This document shows positions 49,716 to 59,512 of a stretch of DNA of 64,000 nt, piece after piece (the first letter of the stretch is position 1; each line of letters begins with the position of its first letter). The notes beneath the pieces were generated by a model that saw only the letters and a list, made by a program, of their open reading frames with translations, did no database searches and was not told the DNA's origin. The position numbers and the translations under genes are program-made. This DNA comes from an uncultured Alphaproteobacteria bacterium (GTDB lineage: Bacteria; Pseudomonadota; Alphaproteobacteria; HIMB59; GCA-002718135): NCBI GenBank assembly GCA_902580765.1, contig CACHLW010000001.1, positions 41,143 through 105,142 of the forward strand, written 5' to 3'.

Positions 49716-50498
49716 ATGAATACCATAATTGATATAGTTAATCAGTCAAAACATCCAATAAATAGCGATGAATATATTCAATATTGCAATAATGAAATTA
49801 AAAAAAATTCTATACTAATTTTAAATGATTTTTTAACAAATGGCTGCTTAAATGAATTAATTACTGAAGCACATGGATTACAAGATCAAGCTTTCTATTG
49901 TTCTCAAAATCATACTATCTTACTTAATAAACATGATAAATTAAGTGACTTGAATGATCCTTTAAATAGAGAGGTTGTAAGTGATAAAGGTTGTGTTCCT
50001 CATGATTTGTTAAATCATCAATCAAAATTAAATACTTTATATCAATCAAATATATTTAAAAATTTTTTAAAAGGTGTCTTAAATTTAAAAGATATCTATC
50101 CATACAGTGATACCTTATCTTCCATAAATTATAATTATTATCAAAAATCACAACAGCTTGGATGGCATTTTGATAATGCATCATTTGCTATTACTTTAAT
50201 GATACAATCATCAGATATAGGTGGTGAATTTGAATATGTTAGTAAAGGTAGAAATTTTTCTGAAAACTATATCGATAAATCATATATTAAAGATATTTTA
50301 GATAGAAAAATTTTACCACAAAAAGCAGATGTTGATGCCGGTACTCTGATATTATTTTATGGTAGAAATTATTTGCATCGTGTAACACCAGTAGAGTCTG
50401 AAAAACCAAGAATATTAGTAACACTTAATTATAATGAAGAAGAGGGCACAATGCTTTCAGAAAATGCAAGATTAACATTTTTTGGTAGAATTAACTAA
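49716..50498 (+). CDS. Fe(II)/2-oxoglutarate-dependent oxygenase family protein (substrate unknown)
   Basis: 260 aa. An HxD facial-triad candidate WHFD, a distal His in NYLHRVTPV, and a following R (KPRILVTLNY). Confidence 0.55.
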   Translation: MNTIIDIVNQSKHPINSDEYIQYCNNEIKKNSILILNDFLTNGCLNELITEAHGLQDQAFYCSQNHTILLNKHDKLSDLNDPLNREVVSDKGCVPHDLLNHQSKLNTLYQSNIFKNFLKGVLNLKDIYPYSDTLSSINYNYYQKSQQLGWHFDNASFAITLMIQSSDIGGEFEYVSKGRNFSENYIDKSYIKDILDRKILPQKADVDAGTLILFYGRNYLHRVTPVESEKPRILVTLNYNEEEGTMLSENARLTFFGRIN

Positions 50499-51289
50499 TT
50501 ATGATTAAAGAAAAATAATTGTTTTCCATTTACTCGATAATTATTAATCAATTTTTTTGCTTCTTCTGACGTAATCCAATCAATATATTTTTTAGCCTCT
50601 TCAATATTTAAATTATTATTTATCTTATTGCTTACTAAAATTATCCCATATTGATTAAATAATGGTGGTAAATTTTCACAGACAATTTGTAGATTTTCTT
50701 TTTTATTAAAAGCTATCCAAGTGCTACGATCACTAAGAGTGTAAGCATTCTTTTGATTAGCTATTAATAATGTTGAGCCCATTCCCTGACCAACACTGAG
50801 ATACCAATTTTCTTTAAATGGTATATTTATATTTGATAATTCCCAAAGCTCTTTCTCCTTTTTGTGTGTTCCACTCTCATCACCTCTTGATACAAATAAT
50901 AATTTTGATTTTTTTATTTCAATCATTTTATTTTCAATTGAAGAGCATGTTTTGTTATCTTTTTTTGGTCCTATCAAGACAAAATCATTATACATCAAAT
51001 CATATCTTAGGTTGCCATATCCCTTATCCATAAATTCTAGCTCTGATTTTTTATGATGAACTAATAAAATTTCAACATTTCCATCCATTGCAACTTTAAT
51101 TGCCTGACCTGTTCCAAGAGATAATGCTCTGACTTTTATTTTATATTTTTTTTCAAATTCTTTGTTAATATATTCTAATAAACCCGTATCGTGTGTAGAA
51201 GTTGTGCTTGCTATTGTTATATGTTTATCATTAGCTAGAGCATTCTTAATCAAGAATATTAAAATAAATATAATTAAAAATCTAATCAT
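50495..51289 (-). CDS. Periplasmic oxyanion (tungstate/molybdate, TupA-like) substrate-binding protein
   Basis: 264 aa with a signal peptide. The anion-binding block ITIASTTSTHDTGLLEYI resembles the TupA TTTS.DSGLL motif. Confidence 0.65.
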   Translation of the reverse strand: MIRFLIIFILIFLIKNALANDKHITIASTTSTHDTGLLEYINKEFEKKYKIKVRALSLGTGQAIKVAMDGNVEILLVHHKKSELEFMDKGYGNLRYDLMYNDFVLIGPKKDNKTCSSIENKMIEIKKSKLLFVSRGDESGTHKKEKELWELSNINIPFKENWYLSVGQGMGSTLLIANQKNAYTLSDRSTWIAFNKKENLQIVCENLPPLFNQYGIILVSNKINNNLNIEEAKKYIDWITSEEAKKLINNYRVNGKQLFFFNHN

Positions 51290-51349
51290 AAAACTTGATA
51301 CATCTTATAGTACTTACTAAATATATTTATATATTTTGAAAGGATAGTT

Positions 51350-51535
51350 ATGAAAATTATCAAAGTTTTAGAAAAAACTGAATTAGTAATAGTCGATTTA
51401 GAGGTAAATTTAGGCGAAGAAAAAAGAAATGGTTTAACATTATGTGTTAAATATAATGGTGATTATTATCCATTAAATACTGCACATGATGGAAGGCCAA
51501 TTTTAATGAATAAAGAGAATGTAATTAAAAATTAA
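51350..51535 (+). CDS. Hypothetical 61-aa protein
   Basis: An ORF with an upstream AAAGGA (SD-like) element. I recognised no family. Confidence 0.3.
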   Translation: MKIIKVLEKTELVIVDLEVNLGEEKRNGLTLCVKYNGDYYPLNTAHDGRPILMNKENVIKN

Positions 51536-51872
51536 AATTCAATTTTTTAATTATAAACATGAAAATAGCATAAGCTATTGCAGTACTGATTATTGAAACA
51601 ATTAGTGAAAAAACAAAATTTTGTTTAAATTTCAGAAGAATAGGTAAAACAATAAAAAAAACAAAAGAAGGAATACTCATAACAATTGTACTATAAGATA
51701 ACTCTATTACTTTTTGATAATCCTTTGTGTCCCAATATAACCATATAAAAGCTAATAAAGATGTTAGTGGTAAGGAAACAATTATTGCAGCAGTCCAAGT
51801 ATATTTTTTTGCTATTTCAGATACTGCAACAATTATAATAGCACTTATTATAGTTTTAAGAAAAAAATACAT
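51525..51872 (-). CDS. DUF3147-family small membrane protein
   Basis: 115 aa with 4 TM segments. VSEIAKK..., SLPLTSLLAFIWLYWDTKD and IPSFVFFIVLPILLK match my recollection of DUF3147. It overlaps the upstream DMT gene by 1 nt. Confidence 0.65.
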   Translation of the reverse strand: MYFFLKTIISAIIIVAVSEIAKKYTWTAAIIVSLPLTSLLAFIWLYWDTKDYQKVIELSYSTIVMSIPSFVFFIVLPILLKFKQNFVFSLIVSIISTAIAYAIFMFIIKKLNFNF

Positions 51873-52732
51873 TATTTACTCACATTTGTTCTTGTAGCTA
51901 TATAGACACCAAATGTACAAATTAATAGTCCAATAATATCAATTATAAATAATTTTTCATCTAAAACAAACCAAGCCATTACAGCAGTAGTTGGAGGAAC
52001 AAGGAAAAAAAGACTGCTAGTTTTAGAAGCTGTTCCATTTTTTATTAGATACATAAGTATTGCGTACGCTCCAAAAGACACCATAATGATTTGCCACGAT
52101 ATTGATAAAATAAAACGTTTATCAAAATTAATAAATGATATTTCAAAAAATAATGAAATTATAAATAAAAATATTCCAGCACTTAATGCTTGATAAAAAT
52201 TATTAACTGAAAGACTTATTTCATGAGTAAATTTTTTTTGCCAAATAGTAGCTGAAGTTGCTCCTAAAAGTGCAACAATAGAAGCAATAACACCTATTGT
52301 TGGGATTTCTGTTCCAATATCATAACCTATAACTAATATAGTACCTAAAAAACCAAAAAATATTCCTATCCATTGCGTAACAGTAACTTTTTCTTTTAAA
52401 ATAGGTCCACTTAGAATATTTGTTAAAATAGGTTGGAGGCATACAATTAACGCAGATAATGTTGCAGTAAGTCCCATAGAATAAGAAAAAAATACTCCAC
52501 CTAAATAAAATCCATGAAAAAGAATTCCAGTAATCATAGCTTGAAAGATTAAATTTCGATTTATTCTTATTCTTTCCCTAAAAATAATAGAAAAAATTAA
52601 AAAAAATACACTTACAATACAAAACCTAAAACATAATGCAGCAAAAGGGCTTGCTGATTGCACAATAAATTGACCACTTATAAAAGCACTACTCCAAAAA
52701 AAGATAAATAGATATGAAAGATATAGGTTCAT
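51872..52732 (-). CDS. DMT-superfamily (EamA) transporter
   Basis: 286 aa with 10 TM segments and two EamA-like halves (LKEKVTVTQWIGIFFGFLGTILVIG). Confidence 0.8.
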   Translation of the reverse strand: MNLYLSYLFIFFWSSAFISGQFIVQSASPFAALCFRFCIVSVFFLIFSIIFRERIRINRNLIFQAMITGILFHGFYLGGVFFSYSMGLTATLSALIVCLQPILTNILSGPILKEKVTVTQWIGIFFGFLGTILVIGYDIGTEIPTIGVIASIVALLGATSATIWQKKFTHEISLSVNNFYQALSAGIFLFIISLFFEISFINFDKRFILSISWQIIMVSFGAYAILMYLIKNGTASKTSSLFFLVPPTTAVMAWFVLDEKLFIIDIIGLLICTFGVYIATRTNVSK

Positions 52733-52792
52733 TATAAATAATAATTCTATTCTTTATTTATAAATGTTATGAAAATTTATTCATAGAATAAA

Positions 52793-53194
52793 ATGCTTAG
52801 CAATAAAATCAATTTTTTTTGTCCAAATTGTAGTTCAGATAAATATAGTGGTAAAACTACTATAGGAAAAAAATATAAAGATGAACCATATAAAAATGTA
52901 ACATCTGAAATACAATGCGCTCAGTGTTTTATGGATATTCCATCAATTATTTCAGAAAATATTTCTCCTGATAAGCAAAATGAAATGTCCAAACTTTGGA
53001 ATGAAATATATAAACCATCACATAAAGAAAGTGCTGCACAATGTTCAAAATGTTTTAGGTATTATTGGGAAATAGAAAAATATTTATCTGTACATAATAT
53101 TTCTGCAAAAGACATTTTCTATCAAACTTATAATCCTAAAAAATCAATTGGAGATTTAATTTGTAAGATTTGTGATCCAACATCTTTTAAATAA
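52793..53194 (+). CDS. Cysteine-rich hypothetical protein with two predicted zinc ribbons
   Basis: 133 aa with four CxxC pairs (CPNC...CAQC; CSKC...CKIC). I recognised no family. Confidence 0.45.
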   Translation: MLSNKINFFCPNCSSDKYSGKTTIGKKYKDEPYKNVTSEIQCAQCFMDIPSIISENISPDKQNEMSKLWNEIYKPSHKESAAQCSKCFRYYWEIEKYLSVHNISAKDIFYQTYNPKKSIGDLICKICDPTSFK

Positions 53195-53199
53195 AATTA

Positions 53200-54045
53200 A
53201 TGTTAGCATATATTCTTAATATATCAGGTTGGCTTTTATTACCTTTTATGGATGGTATTGCAAAATATCTATCTGCAGAAATACATTTCATACAAATTGT
53301 TTGGGGTAGGTATTTTTTTATGCTTTTAGTTAGTTTTCCACTAGCATTTATATTTTTTAGAAAAGAAATTAGTTTTCCTAAAACAATTTCAGTACAGTTA
53401 TTTAGAAGTTTTTTTTTATTTTTATCTACCGTTTTTTTCTTTTATGCAATTTCAGTTATAACTTTAGCAGAAGCTTTAACCCTTGCATTTATCTCTCCAA
53501 TAATAGTGACAATATTATCAATTTTTTATTTAAAAGAAAAAGTTGGACTTCATCGATGGACTGCAGTTTTGATTGGGTTTTTTGGTGTTATGATTATTAT
53601 AAGACCAGGTTTTATAGAAATTAATTTTGCATCTTTCTCAGCTATTGCAGCAGGAATTTCATACGCTTTTTACATAATTTATACTCGAAAATTATCTTTT
53701 ACAGATAGTGCTGTTGTTACTTTGCTTTTTACAGGTATCGTAGGTTGTATTTTTATATCTCTTATTGTTCCTTTTTACTGGATAAATTTAGATTTAAGAC
53801 AATTATTATTGCTTATCTCATTAGCTTCAATTGGAACTTTAGGACATTTTTTAATAATTCTTTCTTTAAGACTTGGAGAAGCTTCTAAACTAGCTCCTTT
53901 GGGTTATTTTGAGATCTCCACAAATATACTTGTTGGATATGCCTTCTTCGGTGATTTGCCTGATATTTGGATTTATTTAGGATTATCTTTAATTGTTTTT
54001 AGCGGTATTTATATTTTTATTAGAGAAAGAAGAGAGATTAAATAA
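53200..54045 (+). CDS. DMT-superfamily (EamA) transporter
   Basis: 281 aa. YLKEKVGLHRWTAVLIGFFGVMIIIRPGF, the same subfamily motif as 12114, 57357 and 60126. Confidence 0.8.
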   Translation: MLAYILNISGWLLLPFMDGIAKYLSAEIHFIQIVWGRYFFMLLVSFPLAFIFFRKEISFPKTISVQLFRSFFLFLSTVFFFYAISVITLAEALTLAFISPIIVTILSIFYLKEKVGLHRWTAVLIGFFGVMIIIRPGFIEINFASFSAIAAGISYAFYIIYTRKLSFTDSAVVTLLFTGIVGCIFISLIVPFYWINLDLRQLLLLISLASIGTLGHFLIILSLRLGEASKLAPLGYFEISTNILVGYAFFGDLPDIWIYLGLSLIVFSGIYIFIRERREIK

Positions 54046-54046
54046 A

Positions 54047-54901
54047 CTAATTAGTTTTTCTAGTTGTTTGATAAATAAATATTGTAACAGATCCAAGCAG
54101 TAGGGCTCCTCCTATAATTGTATTTAGAGGCGGTATTTCATTTATAACAAACCAAACCCAAGCAGTACCTAAAACACTCTCTAATAAAAATATTAGAGCT
54201 ACTTCGTGTGCTGGAGCAAATTTAGGTGAAATTGTTAAAATCATAAATGGAATAGGTAGTATTAATAAGCACATTATGAAAAGAAACAAAATTTGATCAT
54301 TATTTAAATCAAAGTTAATTCCAAATGGTAAAGCGTAAAGAGCTGATATTAAACATCCTAATAAACATGCCGGTACCAAATCTTTATTTTTAAATAATCT
54401 AACAAGAACCATACTAAAACCCATTCCTATTGCTACAATTAGAGCCATAATATCTCCGTATAATCCCGTAGTTGTAAAGCTTCCTATTCCAATGATTATC
54501 ATTGCAAGCATAGCAATTAAAATCACTATCCATGTAAAAAGACTAGGTATTTCTTTAAGTATAAAAACTGAAAATATTGCAGCAAAAATAGGAGCTGATG
54601 CAATTAGAACTAATGTATTAGCTACTGCAGTATTTTGAATTGAATATACAAAACAAATATGAGTTATAGCATAGAGAATAGCATAGATTATCCCTGGTAC
54701 ACCAATTAGATAAAATGATTTAAGAAAAGATCTTTTGTAAGTATAAATGAGAAAAATTAATATCGTAACAATTGGTAGAGCGCTTCTATAAAATATTAAA
54801 CTAAAATCATCTAAATTTACTAATCTAATAAATAAACTATCAGGGCTAAGTATTAAAACCCCAACTAATGATAGTATAAGCCCCTTATTTCTTGTTTTCA
54901 T
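54047..54901 (-). CDS. DMT-superfamily (EamA) transporter
   Basis: 284 aa with 10 TM segments (ILKEIPSLFTWIVILIAMLAMIIIG). Confidence 0.8.
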   Translation of the reverse strand: MKTRNKGLILSLVGVLILSPDSLFIRLVNLDDFSLIFYRSALPIVTILIFLIYTYKRSFLKSFYLIGVPGIIYAILYAITHICFVYSIQNTAVANTLVLIASAPIFAAIFSVFILKEIPSLFTWIVILIAMLAMIIIGIGSFTTTGLYGDIMALIVAIGMGFSMVLVRLFKNKDLVPACLLGCLISALYALPFGINFDLNNDQILFLFIMCLLILPIPFMILTISPKFAPAHEVALIFLLESVLGTAWVWFVINEIPPLNTIIGGALLLGSVTIFIYQTTRKTN

Positions 54902-54969
54902 AAATATTTGAAAATAAATAGATTATTAATATATCTATCAGTATCGTTCTTTAATTCACACTTGTTTTT

Positions 54970-55377
54970 ATGAAAAAATTACTTTTTTTATGTTTTATTT
55001 TTTTATCACTAAATACTCACGCCTTAGATTCAAATAAATTAATAAACCTTGTTGATTTAAAAATACTTTTTGATCTTCAAAAGAATGATTGGAACGAAAA
55101 TGTTCTTTTTCTCATAAAAAAGAATTCATTTTCTAAAGTAGATAATGACTCAGAAGTATTTTATTTAAAATCAATATTTAATGATGGCGAAATAATTACA
55201 ATGCCAATTTTTTCTAAGGATATTGTTGAAAAAATTATATTTGAATATATTTTTTTAGATCACAATAAACAAAATTTAAAAATCATAAATAATCATTTTA
55301 ATTCTTTTAAAAATTTTTGTTTTGAATATCTCTATAATGACAAGTCTATACGAGTAGTTATTACTAAATGTAATTAA
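54970..55377 (+). CDS. Hypothetical secreted protein
   Basis: 135 aa with a signal peptide (MKKLLFLCFIFLSLNTHA). I recognised no family. Confidence 0.4.
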   Translation: MKKLLFLCFIFLSLNTHALDSNKLINLVDLKILFDLQKNDWNENVLFLIKKNSFSKVDNDSEVFYLKSIFNDGEIITMPIFSKDIVEKIIFEYIFLDHNKQNLKIINNHFNSFKNFCFEYLYNDKSIRVVITKCN

Positions 55378-56282
55378 TTAAAAACCATTGATGTAGCTTT
55401 AAAAATTAAACTATGTCTTTTAGCTAATTCTAATTTATCATTTGAATATCCACCACCTATTACTGTCGCAATAGGAATTGATTTATTTTTAAAAAATTCT
55501 AACACTGTAATATCTCTTTTTAATAATCCTTCAGTTGTTATTTTTAAATTTCCTAATTTATCATTCTCATGAATATCAACTCCAGTATCAAAAATTACTA
55601 AATCAGGATTAAAATTTTTTATACAACTATTAAGTGTTTGATATAATATTTCTAAATATTCATTATCTTCTAAATTATCATCTAATTCAACATCCATGTC
55701 ACTTATTGATTTTCTAAATGGAAAATTATTTTTACAATGAATTGAACATGTAAAAATTTTATCATTATCTTTAAGGATTGAGGCTGTACCATCTCCTTGA
55801 TGCACATCAGTGTCAAAAATTAATATTTTTTTTACTTGATGGGTTCTTATTAAATGTAATGAAGCATAAGCCATATCGTTAAAAACACAGTATCCTGAAC
55901 CAAAATCTCTATGACTATGGTGTGTGCCACCTGCTAAATGATTTGCTATACCATTCTTAATTGCTTCTTTGCATGTTAATAGAGTTCCATTAACTGCTAA
56001 AAAGGAGCGATGAGAAAGTGTTTCTGACCATTTAAAACCCAATCTTCTTATTTCTTTATCGGATAAAGTACCATTTTTAATTTTTAATACGTAATCTAAA
56101 TCATGACATATAGAAACTTCATTAACACTTGCTTTTTGAGGATTTAGAATTTTTGCACGATGATAAAAATCTGAAGTTTTTAATTCATTATATAAATCTG
56201 AAAACTTACTGGCAGTAAATTTATGATTTTCAGGCAGAGGAATGTCATAATCTTCGTGTGTTACCCAACTGATTTTTTTCAT
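55374..56282 (-). CDS. Histone deacetylase-family (Zn-dependent deacetylase/amidohydrolase) protein
   Basis: 302 aa. GGTHHSHRDFGSGYCVFND, DTDVHQGDGT, GGGY. Confidence 0.85.
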   Translation of the reverse strand: MKKISWVTHEDYDIPLPENHKFTASKFSDLYNELKTSDFYHRAKILNPQKASVNEVSICHDLDYVLKIKNGTLSDKEIRRLGFKWSETLSHRSFLAVNGTLLTCKEAIKNGIANHLAGGTHHSHRDFGSGYCVFNDMAYASLHLIRTHQVKKILIFDTDVHQGDGTASILKDNDKIFTCSIHCKNNFPFRKSISDMDVELDDNLEDNEYLEILYQTLNSCIKNFNPDLVIFDTGVDIHENDKLGNLKITTEGLLKRDITVLEFFKNKSIPIATVIGGGYSNDKLELAKRHSLIFKATSMVFN

Positions 56283-56337
56283 AAATTTGCCTCTTTTTAA
56301 CTTAATTTATGCCAAAATTAATTTGTACATAGAATAT

Positions 56338-56404
56338 GTGGCACTAATCTACCAATATATATTTAGTGAGTAAATGTATTCTATCCATAAAGAATTAGTG
56401 TCAC
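56338..56404. repeat. Imperfect inverted repeat GTGGCACTAAT / ATTAGTGTCAC (11 bp, one G-T position) with a 45-nt spacer
   Basis: Read directly. The arms are at 56338-56348 and 56394-56404. A CCAATAT direct repeat follows each arm (56352-56358, 56407-56413). It lies in the longest intergenic spacer of the window. Confidence 0.4.
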
Positions 56405-56514
56405 AACCAATATGGAATTTGTTTTAATATTTGATTTATTAATTATTTGTTTAATTGGTTTTTTTATTGTCAATTTTTATTGAATTAATAATCAATTTAA
56501 ATAATATTTTAATA

Positions 56515-57294
56515 ATGAAAGATTTTTATGATCTAAATGGCTATTTTTCACCATTAAAAATTTATAATCCAAAAGAAGCAAATTTTTTTAGAAATAAATT
56601 AGAAGATTCAGAAAAAAAATTAGGTAAACTTCATTATATTGTGAAAACTTATACAATAATGAAATGGGTGTATGAAATAGCAACTAATAAAATATTGCTT
56701 GATTTTATCGAAGAAATAATTGGTAAAAATATATTATTATATAATGCAACTTTTATAATAAAAGAACCAAACACTAAAACACACGTAAGTTGGCATCAAG
56801 ATCTTACCTATTGGGGTTTTGATAATAATGAAAAACAAGTAAGTGCATGGTTAGCTTTATCCAAAGCTAATGATCAAAGTGGTTGTATGAAAATGATTCC
56901 AGGTTCCCATAAAAATGGATTTTTTGAACATCATTCAACTGAAGATAAAAATAATGTTTTATCTAGAGGTCAAACTGTAAAAGATATTGATATAAATAAA
57001 GCAGTATCATGTCCGTTAGAACCCGGTGAAGTTTCCTTTCATCATGGTCTAACATTACATGCATCTCAACCTAATTCTAGTAATGACAGAAGAATAGGAT
57101 TAAATTTTCAATTTATTTCTACTGATATGAAACAACTAAAAAGCAAAAATGATAGTGCTATTTGTGTAAGAGGAGAAGATAAGTATAAAAATTTTAAGAC
57201 AGATCAAGTAGCTAAAGATGACTTTGATCATGAGGCTTATCAACATCTTTTAGTATTAAATAATCATTATAATGAAACAATAAGAAAAAATTAA
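56515..57294 (+). CDS. Phytanoyl-CoA dioxygenase (PhyH) family Fe(II)/2OG oxygenase
   Basis: WHQDLTYWGF, HKNG, FHHGLTLHAS.PN.S...R. I moved the start from the track's TTG 56455 to ATG 56515 (MKDFYDLNGYF). Confidence 0.8.
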   Translation: MKDFYDLNGYFSPLKIYNPKEANFFRNKLEDSEKKLGKLHYIVKTYTIMKWVYEIATNKILLDFIEEIIGKNILLYNATFIIKEPNTKTHVSWHQDLTYWGFDNNEKQVSAWLALSKANDQSGCMKMIPGSHKNGFFEHHSTEDKNNVLSRGQTVKDIDINKAVSCPLEPGEVSFHHGLTLHASQPNSSNDRRIGLNFQFISTDMKQLKSKNDSAICVRGEDKYKNFKTDQVAKDDFDHEAYQHLLVLNNHYNETIRKN

Positions 57295-57356
57295 TATTTA
57301 TTTATTAGAATCTGAAATAAGAGATCTAAAAATTTACTTCTATTTAATCAAATCAT

Positions 57357-58268
57357 ATGAATGTTTTATCTGGAATTAGTATCGGATTTATTGGTTACAC
57401 GATATTTGTCATTTTAGATACAATAATTAAAAAATACCTAGTTAATGAATATTCTGTTTTTCAAATAAATTTTTATATTTGTCTTTTTAGTTTTATACCA
57501 ACACTATTAACTCTTTATTTTCTAAACAAATGGAGCTCACTAAAAAATGATATTATTCATATACAGCTTCTTAGAGGATTATTTGGATTAATTTCAGGAG
57601 CTTTAGTAGTTTATTCATTTAGAGAACATGCATTTAGTGAAATTTACCCAATATTATTTAGTGCTCCATTAATGATAACAATGTTATCCCATTTTTTTTT
57701 AGATGAAAAAGTTGGTATTAGAAGATGGTCAGCGGTAACAGTTGGATTTATTGGTGTATTAATAGTTAGTAGACCTGGCACTATTCATTTTTCATTAAGT
57801 CTATTTGGTTTATTTTTTTCCGCATTACTAATGGCGATAAATATTACTTTAGTAAGAAAGTATTCAAATAATCAATCATCAATAGCATTTACTTTTTATG
57901 CTTTTTTATCTGCAACTATTTTAAATGGATTACTGAGTTTTAATAGCCACATCGCATTATCTTTTAATGATCTAATGATACTTGTTTTTTGTGGTATTAT
58001 TTGTGGAATAGGGGGTAATTGTTTAACAATCGCCTCTAAATTTTTAGAGTCTAGTGTTTTTGCTCCTATTCAATATACACAACTAATTTCTGGAGCAATT
58101 TTAGGTTATTTATTTTTTGCTGATATTCCAGATATTTATGAAATTATAGGATCTTTAATTATTGTTGGTAGTGGAATTTATATAATAATTAGAGAAACAA
58201 AAATAGGGGTTAGGCCATATATTAAAGAAGATTCAAGATTTCGTGACCAATTTAATAGAGGTCACTAA
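57357..58268 (+). CDS. DMT-superfamily (EamA) transporter
   Basis: 303 aa. FLDEKVGIRRWSAVTVGFIGVLIVSRPG. Confidence 0.8.
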   Translation: MNVLSGISIGFIGYTIFVILDTIIKKYLVNEYSVFQINFYICLFSFIPTLLTLYFLNKWSSLKNDIIHIQLLRGLFGLISGALVVYSFREHAFSEIYPILFSAPLMITMLSHFFLDEKVGIRRWSAVTVGFIGVLIVSRPGTIHFSLSLFGLFFSALLMAINITLVRKYSNNQSSIAFTFYAFLSATILNGLLSFNSHIALSFNDLMILVFCGIICGIGGNCLTIASKFLESSVFAPIQYTQLISGAILGYLFFADIPDIYEIIGSLIIVGSGIYIIIRETKIGVRPYIKEDSRFRDQFNRGH

Positions 58269-58323
58269 ATTAATAATTATAAATCAAAACTTTGTGATAA
58301 TATTTTAATAGCATAAAATTATT

Positions 58324-59511
58324 ATGAAAAATTTATTAAATAATAAAAATCCAATAACTTTACTAATTTTATCATCAATAGCCATGCCTATCGCTTTTAG
58401 TACTTGGATGGTTTTATTAAATAATTTCTCAGTTGAAAGAGCAAGTTTTACTGGAGTTGAAATTGGAATACTTCAAAGTATCAGAGAGATACCTGGCTTC
58501 CTAGCATTTACTATTATTTTTTTATTGTTCTATTTTAAAGAGCAATATTTTGCTATTTTTTCTTTAGCCTTAACTGGTTTTGGTGTTGCAATTACAGGTT
58601 TCTTACCAACTGTTTATGGTTTGTATTTTACAACAATTATTATGAGTACTGGCTTTCATTATTGTGAAACGGCCAAAAATTCTTTGAGTTTACAATGGCT
58701 TTCAAAAGAAGAAGCTCCACCAGTTCTAGGAAAATTAATAGCTATTAGCTCAATTACGTCTTTATTTTTGTATTGTATAATTTGGAGTTTATTAGAAATC
58801 TTTAATTTAGATTATAAGTATATATTTTTAATTGCAGGATTAATTTGTATTCTTATTTCCATACACCTTTTTATATCCTTTCCTTTTTTTGAAATTAAAA
58901 ATAAACAACATAAAAAAATAATTCTAAAAAAAGAATATTCTCTTTACTATATCTTAATTTTTTTATCAGGTGCTAGAAGACAAATTTTTGTAGTTTTTGC
59001 AGCTTTTTTAATGGTAGAAAAATTTGGATATTCAGCATCGCAAGTTACTTTACTATTTTTAGTTAATTATATTTTTAATTGGTTTTTTGCAGAACGTATT
59101 GGAAAGTTAATAAATATATTTGGTGAGAAAAAATGTCTTATATTTGAATATATTGGACTCGTTATAGTTTTTACATCTTATGCATTCGTGACCAATGCTT
59201 ATGTTGCAGCAGGTTTATATATTATTGATCATATGTTTTTTGCGTTAGCTATTGCAATTAATACATATTTTCAAAAAATTGCTGATCCAAAAGATATTGC
59301 AAGCACTGCAGGTGTTTCATTTACTATTAATCATATAGCTGCAGTATTTATCCCAGTACTTTTAGGATTTGTTTGGATTAATTCTCATTCAATAGTTTTT
59401 TTAATTGGATCTTTGTTTGCTCTACTATCTTTAATCGCTTCATTTTTTTTACCTAATAATTTATCAAAGATTATTTTAGATGAAAGTAATTTAAAAAAAG
59501 TAAGAGTATAA
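58324..59511 (+). CDS. MFS-type transporter
   Basis: 395 aa with about 11-12 TM segments in two halves separated by a basic loop (KNKQHKKIILKKE). Confidence 0.7.
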   Translation: MKNLLNNKNPITLLILSSIAMPIAFSTWMVLLNNFSVERASFTGVEIGILQSIREIPGFLAFTIIFLLFYFKEQYFAIFSLALTGFGVAITGFLPTVYGLYFTTIIMSTGFHYCETAKNSLSLQWLSKEEAPPVLGKLIAISSITSLFLYCIIWSLLEIFNLDYKYIFLIAGLICILISIHLFISFPFFEIKNKQHKKIILKKEYSLYYILIFLSGARRQIFVVFAAFLMVEKFGYSASQVTLLFLVNYIFNWFFAERIGKLINIFGEKKCLIFEYIGLVIVFTSYAFVTNAYVAAGLYIIDHMFFALAIAINTYFQKIADPKDIASTAGVSFTINHIAAVFIPVLLGFVWINSHSIVFLIGSLFALLSLIASFFLPNNLSKIILDESNLKKVRV

Positions 59512-59512
59512 T

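Noticed and set aside
56339-56355. TGGCAC in the long spacers read as a sigma-54 (-24/-12) promoter, TGGCAC-N5-TTGC.
   Set aside because: The -12 element is absent. The sequence following at the correct spacing is TACC at 56350 and AGGA at 59967, not TTGC. SAR11-type genomes are reported to have a minimal sigma-factor set, and no bEBP gene is nearby.
56412-56483. A 23-codon hydrophobic mini-ORF (MEFVLIFDLLIICLIGFFIVNFY) in the 232-nt spacer.
   Set aside because: There is no SD-like element. The composition (F/I/L/N) is what random AT-rich sequence yields. It overlaps the track's implausible TTG-extended PhyH start.
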